A stretch of DNA of 61,068 nt, the filler included, from Basidioascus undulatus (Eukaryota), in NCBI GenBank assembly GCA_000826855.1. It is 4 parts of 4 records of this genome, joined end to end, with 100 filler letters (N's around TTAATTAATTAA, not from the genome) between each part and the next. Parts side by side here need not be neighbours in the genome. Positions count along the whole stretch, not along the records: positions 45,889 to 61,068 come from JTLS01000661.1; 3 more parts are not named here. One strand, written 5' to 3'. Under the pieces are notes generated by a model. It ran no database searches and was not told the DNA's origin. It worked only from the letters and a program-made list of their open reading frames with translations. Below, one piece after another: positions 52,421 through 61,068 of this stretch; positions within the stretch are counted from its first letter, which is position 1, and the number at the start of each line of letters is the position of its first letter. The position numbers and the translations under genes are program-made.

Positions 52421-53972
52421 GATGATCCCAAGGATATATCGCGCCATGGTGGACTTGGCACGAGACGAAGGGGAAGAACGATCCAACACGAACCGGAACG
52501 CCCCCCGGCCAGCATTTCAACGCGCGGGCTCAGCGAGGCGCTAGCCAGGCATTCCGCCTGATCGAGTGTCGCTTTGCAAGAAGGGCTAGCCTCGTCCCGG
52601 AGATTCACAGTCGGCCCTGGATTCGACTAAGGCATGGCTGAATTCAGTTGAGCTTGGAAGAGACGGAAGGGAGAGCGGGGAGAAGGGCAGGGGGACAGGC
52701 TGCAACGCGAAATGGTGGCGCGAGGAGACGTCAACTTGAATAAAGCCTCTGTTTTGCAGTGGGATGTGTTATACACATTTCGAATGGACTATTCACAGGA
52801 AAGGATTGGCTTTACGCTCAATTCAATCCCCTTGATTGGAGGGCTTGGAGATCACATTGAGATGGCTATTCCGCTGAAGCGTTTAGCAATTGAGCGTAGG
52901 CTCTGACACAATAAACGGTGCGCAAAGGCGCAGCGTTTCAATCGCCTCGCTCCCGCTCTTCAATCGTTGGATCTGCGTAGTCCTGGGGGTAATTATGCAT
53001 CTGGAGCGCTGCCTATCCGGGCACGAAACAGGGTGCTGACTGCAGACTTCTGCTCAGTGACCACGAACGGGTGCCTAGTACTGAGCAGGCGTCGCGCAGT
53101 CCAAACAGAAATTAGACTAAGCCTCCCATACCCTGACTTCGGGGGCCAGGCGGAGAAATAACTAAAGAATTCTATTTTTTAGTCGTCCGCATCCTCTGTG
53201 AAGGAGAACGCGAAAGAATGAAGTGCTTGCCAGAGCGCGGTTGCACGCACAGCGCAGCCGGTAACCACCGGACATGGTCACCATGAGTTGATGTGTGCCT
53301 TGATTTCGTTAAGTACTTGATTCATTTATGAAAGCATCCAGGTAAAGCAGGGGTCACGTCTATACCGCCGCATGACATCGCCGCGGAACTGAGATCACGC
53401 TGCAGAGTGTCACTGGCCGATGGAAACCCACACGCAATCGTCAGCCCAAACCCACCCGGGAGGGCATATGAGGTAAATATGAGCCGCTGGCATTATTAAA
53501 TTGTTTCACCGAAAATCTTCAGCTCTCCAGTGCCGACGATGGTCCTTGAAAAGGCACAACAGATCCCCACCGGTTCAAAACCTCCTGAGCCTCTTGACTT
53601 ATTCACCTCATGCTGCCAGACTAAATTCCCGATTGGTTTACCATGGTCTTCATGTCCCTTCTAACTGCACTCTTCATCAGTTTTTTGCAGTGGAAGACGC
53701 CGCAGCCTCCCCGTTTGCATCTGACCTGGACGTCCGGAATCCTTCTATGAAGGCAATGGGGTAGTCCTGGCGGTTGTGCAAAAACACGTATAAACACCAT
53801 GAGGATTATCCTGACAGCGCGACCATGCCAGTCTGAGATACTTCACGCTGCAACGCGAAGACGCGTGTGGAACCCTTTCTCCCTCTCTCGATCTACCCTT
53901 CTTGCCGACCGACCACCACCAAGACCACCACCACGTGCAAACTTCTGCCATCCTTACAGAAACTCTTGCGTT

Positions 53973-55529
53973 ATGGCGGACGAGGAACGTCCCAAGTCAC
54001 CCGAGCTGAGCACGTACTCGCTGACGTCCACTCTACGCGAGGACCTGTATCGGTTCGAGCAAAGTGCTTACTGTTCCCCCTTTTGGAAAAGAAGTCTAGC
54101 GATATGATCTTATCGAGCATAGGGAGGAGATTCCAAAAAGCGAAGGAGGTGCATTCCGTGCCGAACGATGGTACTTGCTCTCTGCGCAAGCGTGTCGAAT
54201 GTGACTGAACCGCAATCTTTCCGATCAGAGGAGGAAATCGAGCGGCTTGATATTCAGGTACGGTTCAAGGCGGCTAAGAACGAGATTGGAGTAGCTGAGG
54301 CTGACTTGTCGGGCGATAGCATCAAATCGCCTTGCTGTGGTTGGGCAAGCTTTACTTTGGTCCAGTGGAAGACGTCATTTCACGGCGGGTCAAGGAAGGC
54401 GTCACGCCAAAGATCCTACAGGTGTATCGAAAAACACTGGCTGTGTTTTGAGGAGAGAGCTAACGAGAAGGTATAGCGACACCGGGACGGGGACCGGGAA
54501 ATGGTGAGGCATTTTCCAGGCCATCTGAGGAACGCTTGCTGATCAAATCCCCTTCCGTCTGTAGGGCAATTGACATCGCTCAGCAGTTTGAGTCTGCGGA
54601 GGTCACGGGTGTGGATTTCGTACCTGTTCAGCCTCAGAACGTGATCCCCGAACGAGAAGGGTCTGAATTCAGACAGTAGCAGCACTGTCCCGCCGAACGT
54701 CAACTTCGAGGTCTGCGATGCGGCCAAAGATCACGAGCTGCTTGCGCGTGTTTCGATTGGTGCATATGCACGCCCTGATTGTCGGGGTGGGCCCTTCTAT
54801 CCTCATGCTGTATCTCGATTTCGGCCCCATTGACGCACTGCACTCTGCACAGATCACGGACTGGCCCTCCCTGTTCGAGAAGGCCATGCGTCTCCTTCGC
54901 CCGGGTGAAGTGCTCCTGCTCGTCGAGCCGAATCTGAGCGCCTCTAAGAGGTAATGGGTGGCGGGCCCAGCTACCGCAAGCTGTGGGGCATGATCAGTGG
55001 CATCATGGCGCGGCGCGGCGTCGACCTCAATGTCTCGGCTACCAGTGCGCGCGGCTTTGTTCTAATCCCCTCTTGAACGGTTCATACTCATTATCAACTG
55101 CACCACACAGCCGTGAAGCTCTTGGCTGAGGCCCAGGAGCAAGGGACCATTGAACGCTTCGAGGTCGAATACGGCAGGTTGCCTATGGGCTAGTGGCCTT
55201 CTGGTCTGTTCTCACTGCCGAGTACGCATTTGAGGGAGAGCATCACTCATGTTCCCTCTTGCACTACAGAGGGGCGTTTGCGCGAGATCGGTCGTCTCTG
55301 GGAGATCGACATGAACCTCGGCATTCGGTGCGCATTTCATCCACGCACGCTTTCTGTTAGAACGAAGCCACTCATTCGGATGTCCGGTTCAAGCGGCTTG
55401 GTCCCTATCTTGGTCCGCGAGGGATTCCTCGAGGCCGACCTGCAGAATACCCATAGCCATATACGCGAGGAATTCAAGACCTACCACACGGAGTATAGGG
55501 TCGGCTTTTCCTATGCCATCACGGCTTGA
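53973..55529 (+). pseudogene. LaeA-like / class I SAM-dependent methyltransferase pseudogene
   Basis: TYSLTSTLREDLYRFE/GRRFQ, PND/EEEIERLDIQ, DTGTGTGKW/AIDIAQQFESAEVTGVD, VPPNVNFEV, ITDWPSLFEKAMRLLRPG, LPMG*WP (TAG 55191-55193); also TAA 54952-54954. Confidence 0.7.
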
Positions 55530-56410
55530 ACGGCTTGATGTATTTCTTATACTCTTCTGGCATTGGACATCTTTCGTGGCTCGGATGCATCGCAGCCATG
55601 CACGTCTGCCGCAAGAGTGTAACGCAGCTCCTTCTACTCGGCAGTTGGCCGAGTATGGTTGGTCGCTGGTGATGTGGGTTGCGCCGGCCGAGGCTCATTC
55701 GGGGCGCGGTGCTCAGGTGTGAGTGTGATCGGAGAGCCGGCAGACTTTCAAAACTTGACGCTAAAACTTGACATGCATTCAATCAGGCTCAACTGAAGAC
55801 GAGGAGATACAAGGAACTTCGCTGGAGTGGTTAGTGACTGTCGTGCCTGTTTCAACAGAATAGATACGAAACTTATAAGTCTCTGTTGGATCTAGAAGTC
55901 GTCTAGACGGCCTGGGCATATTTTTCTGATTCCATCGCAGCACTATTTTGCATGCGAGGAGATACTGTATGGCGTGGCTGTTCAGCGAAAGGTCCATAAA
56001 AGTCATTGACAAGGCGGCATGGCATGGTTTGGTCTGTAATTGCCAAACAGTTTCGTTGTCCGCCCTGATCGGCAGCTCCACCTTGTACGTTCCTGCCCTC
56101 TCCTCCTCCTCCTCCCAGTACTTTCTTTCTTTGCTCAGTCTTTGCTTTCTTCCGCCGTCCAGCTGTAGGTATTCTACCCTCGAGATTATTTGTACGCGCA
56201 TACGGACCACACGCTCATATCGAACCCGCAATTCGATCATCTCCACCTCGGCGCTCCACCGGTACCGCTCGCTCGCCTTGGACTCAGTCGGCGCATCCAC
56301 CCGCTCTCGTTGCCCAGTTTCTTGCTCTCGCACTCGCACCGATACCCACACAGAACACAGAACAAAAAGGCGCCCCGCCCACCCCTGACCGTCCCGTCGC
56401 CCGGCGCGCC

Positions 56411-59400
56411 ATGCGGCGCCTCCTCCCCCTCTCCTTCCTCCTGCTCCTCCTCGCGCCCCCCGCCGCGCTCGCCGACCCGCCCATCTCAGCAGCCTTCCGC
56501 CGCTGCTCATCAGGCTTTGCGCGCGCACCGGGCGAGAATCGCATCAATGTGTCGGCGGTGTATGCCCAGCTCGATCACGCACAGGAGGGCGCACAAGGGC
56601 GGCATGTGCTTAGGAGCTTGATGATTGCCGAGACGGGCGAGACCTTTACGGGCTCCTCGGTGGGCACTGCGGTCGCTGGTGAGTCATGCATGGACTTCGA
56701 GGAGGAGCTGGAGTTGGAGAGAGAGGGGGAGAGAAAGAGGCATGGGCACTGACATATTACCATCGGGGGAACGCACCAGCCACGCTGCTGATGGACACGC
56801 AAACGCTCTCGTTCGACCTCTCCTCGGACAAGGACTACCTCTGCAACGTGAGCCTTCCCTCAAACAGCACCTCCGCAACCTCCGGCTGCCCCGTCCCCGC
56901 CGGGACTCTCGCTCTCGGCCACCCCCTCCCCCTCCCGCTCTCCGCAGGCGACGAACACCCCTACGCGCTCGCAACGCTCACGACGCGCGTCCTCCTCCTC
57001 GACTCGTCCGAACCCCCACTCGAGCTCGCCTGCGTCGAGTTCAGCGCGACGCCGTACTACCCCGACGGGTGGTACTACGAGCTCTTCTTCTGGGTGCCCG
57101 TCGCGCTCGCCATGGCGTACTTTGCCATTGACGCTGGCGCGCGCGTGGGCGCGGCGCTGAGGAAGGCACGCGGGGCAAGAGCGAGAGGTTGGATAGGCAG
57201 AGAGAGGCTTGAGACGGGCGTGGTGGGCGGCGTGAGCGGGCAGATGCTCGGCACAACGCCGAGTTTGCTCCGATTCGTCACGCCGTCGGCGAAGGACATT
57301 ATCCTCCACATACAGTGGTGTGCCGTCCTCGCGATGATTGCCGTCAACTGGCCCGAGTTTGCCTACCCCGTCCTCAAGCAGGGTGCTTGGTCGTCTCTAC
57401 TCTACAGTGCGCACTCTTCCACCCTCCATCTCATTCTCCTCTTCTTCCTAATCATCCCTTTCCTACGTGCAGACGTCTCCCTAACCACCTCCACACACGT
57501 CTCTCCTCTTACTCCCTCGCCCTTCTCGCCCCCAGCTCCCTTCGACATCCTCCTCTCCTCCACGGACGCCGCCTCCCCGCTCTACCTCAATCCCACCGCC
57601 CCCAACACGCTCCTCGACCTGCACGGCGCGCGCGATGGTATCCCCTCACTCGCAGCGACGGTCGGGCTGCGCGAGCAAGACGCGTTTGGGTGCTGCCTCG
57701 CGGTCGCGCTCCTTATCGCCGCGGGCGTGATCGTCGCGTCCCTACTCGCCTGGGCCGTCGACGGCGTGCTCATGATGCTCTGGCGGAAAGGCGGGAGGAG
57801 GGACGGCGGCGGCGTGATTGGAAAGGACACGGAGAGCGAGCTCGGGGATTGGGGTGCAGCGGATGGCATCCGCGGGGGTGGAGGTACAGGACGAAGAGGG
57901 TGGAGGAGGGCTTGGTGGGAGATGAGGACCGGGGGCGCGACGGGCGGCTTCCATTGGGTTATGCTCCAGGGTGCGTTGGGGATGATGAAAAGAAGGGGGG
58001 GGGGTGATCCAGATGTTAGTGGCTGACATAATTCGCGCGGATAGGGAACCTCATTCGCGTTCTGGTCCTGTTCCACCTTCCCATCAGTGCGTCTCCGCTC
58101 TTTATCTCACCTAAGGCATCGAGTTGACAAACGAGCCGCCCCCAGCCATCCTCTCCACCTACCAGATCGTGCGTCTATCTCCATTCCATGTTCAGCCAAG
58201 CTAAGGCTGATTTTCAACAATCTACGTAGTCCCTCGCCCGCTCAACAGCAACGACTGCGTCCGTCGCGCTCGCGGCGCTCTCGCTTGGGATCATCTCTGT
58301 CGCGATCCCGCTCGTACTCCTCTACCGCGTGGCGACGACGCCGACGCTCAAGCTGTACGATGCGACGCGGACGCTGCTCTCGTGCGTCGACTTTATCCCT
58401 CCTTATTTTATCTCATTGTGCGTCTGAATGCTGATCGCGTGCTGCGGCTTGTATTTCGACGGAATGCCAACAGCCTGGGACCGCTGTACAACGTCTTCCG
58501 CGCTGGAAGCCAGCTGTTCTGGGCCGCCATCTTCGTCGCCAACCTCATCGAGGGGATCACCATCGGTGCAGTGCAGGGTAACGGGTAAGCCTCCCAGCGA
58601 GCAGCCCCTTCATGTCGCTCCCAATATTGAAATGCGTATGGGCGCCGGATAGAACGGCGCAGGCGGTGGTCATGCTCGTCGTCGAGATCGCAGTCACGCT
58701 CATAACGAGCTTGTGGCTGCCGTGGGGAGAGGGCGCGCAAATGGGTATCATCACATTCATCCTGTCCGTCACGCGCGTTATTACCGCTGCGCTGCTTGTC
58801 GTGCTCGCCCCTGCTGTTAGTCCTCCGCTTTCCTCTTCCCCTTCCCAAGCGACCTAACGACATTAACGCTTGAAACAGGTGGACATCGGCCCCGTCGCAG
58901 CAGGATGGGTGACCTACGTCCTGCTCGGCATCCAAGGGCTCGTCTTCATCGGCGCATTTGTCATCCTCCTCACGAAGCTCATCGAAGCGTTCCTGCGCCT
59001 CGCGTTCCGTCTCCCCTTCGTCGAGGGCGCCTCCACCCGCGAGTCTGGCCTCATCGGCGTCGTCTCCCAGATCGGAGGCGGGCACCACCGGCGGCGGCGG
59101 CACGCGCGGGGGCGGCCGGGCGTCGCGCGGAGCGAGAGCACGAGCACGCAGATGATGCTCGACCGGCACTCGAACCACAACCGACTGAGCAGCTCCATGG
59201 CGAGCGCGCACTTCTTCCCTTCGAGCCCGCAGGGCGGGGCAGCAGGCGCAGGCCCGGAGACAGGCGCAGACGACGACTACATCATGGCTGCCTGGCGGCC
59301 GGAGCACGGCTATTCGTCCCCGCCGCGTCAAGCGGCGCAGGCGCAGCAGCCCGACTCGCCTTCGACCGGTACAGGGTTCAGCGTCGTGCGCGGCGGACGC

Positions 59401-60294
59401 GCGGACTTCGCGGACCCGTACGCGCCGATCGGGAGCCCGTCGCAGAGGCAGTCTGAATCGACGCACGTGCGCGTGCCGAGCAGCCCGACCTCGTCGCTCG
59501 TCGCCCCACCGCCGCTTGGGTCAAGCGCGGACCTCTACTCCCAGTCGAGCGGATCGCAGCTCTCGCAGGCGACGTCTTCCCGCCGCGCACGCACGCGCTC
59601 GTTCTCGGCTGTGATCGAAACTATTGGTGGAGGGTCAACGGAGGATGTTGGAGGAGGAGGAGGGATGGACGACGACGACGCGACTACGCCCACGGCCGCG
59701 ACGTTCCAGAACCCGCTTCTCGGCGCAGGCGCCGGTGCCGCCGGTGCCTCGGCTGGGTCTTCCTCGAGGCCCGCGGCCGGTGACGGCCGCCGCGCGTCCG
59801 AAGGCGACTCTCTCGATATCGCCAAGCCGGCCGAGCACGCGCGCAGAAAGTCCTGGCTCGGGGGAATGTTCTCTTCCTCTTTCGCGTCGCCCGCCGCTGC
59901 CGCCGACAGCGACGATGACCTCTCCCCCTCCGCCTCAACCGTCCGCGAAAAGCGCAAGCGGAACCGCTTCAGCTTTGCCGGTGCACTGGGCGGCGGGCGC
60001 CGCAAGACGGACGACGCCCCCGCTTCCTCCACCGCTGCCGACAGCGGTACGGCTAGCGGAGGAGACAGCGGGGGGTCCTCCTTCGTTGTACTCCGCCCTC
60101 AACGACCTTCTCCCAACGCCAGTCGCTCACAGAGCATCGCCACACACACGACCGCCACCACGCCGGGGAGCTCGGCGTACGTTACTCCCGCACAGACACC
60201 TGCGGCGTTCAGCACGCAAGGGGAGATGGCGGAGCGGGAGGAATGGCTTGCGCCGCCGCTGCCAGACTTGCTGCCTGGGGCGCGACGGCCGTGA
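56411..60294 (+). CDS. TRP-like / Flc (fungal PKD2-like) membrane protein with signal peptide, lumenal TRP_N-type domain, multi-pass domain and disordered C-tail
   Basis: Signal peptide MRRLLPLSFLLLLLAPPAALA; GCPVPAG and LACVEFSATPY; LRFVTPSAKDIILHIQWCAVLAMIAVNWPEFAYP; LGPLYNVFR; multiple hydrophobic helices; TGA 60292-60294. Confidence 0.78.
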
Positions 60295-61068
60295 TCGCGC
60301 CGCATTGACCCGTCTCTCTTGTTTCCCATTCTTCGTTATCATGATACATTTTCAGTCGCCTCGCATTACCCCCACGCATTTCGCAATACCTCTTTGTCCT
60401 TCCTTCCAGACTCTTTGTCTTCCTTGGTTTCGCTTTCGCTACTCCCTTGCCACGGACACTATGTTGCCTGCATCCATCTCGTTCTTCCCACCAGCATATC
60501 TCTTTCCTTCCTCATTCCCTCTTCCTATGGTTGTGCTTGTGAGCAGTACAACACCTACAGTATCTATGTTACGACCTTGGCTGCGTCGATGACTTTTTCT
60601 TTACGGGTGATTGACTGTTTGTGCTGAGCCCGGATCGCACCGACCTCTCTTCCTTTTTTCAAGTAAGCGGAAAAGTTGCACAGGTCAGCTTTCTGTAAAG
60701 GAGTGTTCGCGCAGCCCTAATCTTCGGACTGTAGATGTCATACTATTCTCAGGCCCAAGTCACTGTACTTCGTTCACACTAAATTATATTGCTCCAGTCC
60801 CGATGTTGACTCGATGTCGGTGGCGGAATTCAGAGGGCTCCCTAAGCATGCAGCACGAGGCCCCCTCCAGAGGCCGTGGCTCAGAATCTACCACGGCGGG
60901 CTATGCAGGGGAGCGAGCGCCTACCCATGATCTCAAGCATGCGGAGTCAGGGAGTCAGAGGGGATTGCTGTGCCGTCTGCGCTCCTACTCGCGCGGAGCC
61001 GTCTCTAATCGCTTCTTTTCGGGAGTGCAATCTCTTTCTGAGGTTGGGAGGAGGTGATGGTGGTGGTA

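Noticed and set aside
51388..52422. 344-aa plus-strand ORF
   Set aside because: It looks like the antisense shadow of a Ser/Pro-rich minus-strand frame; non-ATG start and no recognisable domain.
55635..55655. 8-bp hairpin tactcggc-agttg-gccgagta
   Set aside because: A single short inverted repeat, expected by chance in GC-rich DNA; no tRNA or snRNA features.

Overview
Eukaryotic, GC-rich, intron-dense fungal DNA. It is most likely a basidiomycete yeast (Microbotryomycetes-like), inferred from short introns, GTGCGY/GTGAGT donors, CTRAC branch points and the gene content. The window is four separate contigs of about 15.2 kb joined by artificial N44-TTAATTAATTAA-N44 linkers, so no synteny can be read across 15201-15300, 30500-30599 or 45789-45888. 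Apparently intact multi-exon genes: Rad60/Esc2-like SUMO-domain protein, glutamate decarboxylase, condensin Ycs4/Cnd1, XPD/Rad3, Hsp90, dihydroorotase Ura4 and a TRP/Flc-like membrane protein. Cut by contig ends: PQ-loop transporter, Mss4 PIP5-kinase, two SDR fragments and cis-prenyltransferase Rer2. Many accessory genes are broken: ALDH, meiotic helicase Mer3, a Thr-rich secreted protein, four F-box-like genes and a LaeA-like methyltransferase. The most unusual element is an approximately 0.85 kb repeat present as two diverged, same-orientation copies (about 540-1420 and 10295-11132). Each carries roughly a dozen 16-bp palindromes RGTGC-N6-GCACY separated by variable purine-rich spacers, and each sits just 3' of the point where a minus-strand gene (ALDH; MER3) stops. 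All calls are from reading the sequence by eye; no searches or alignments were run.
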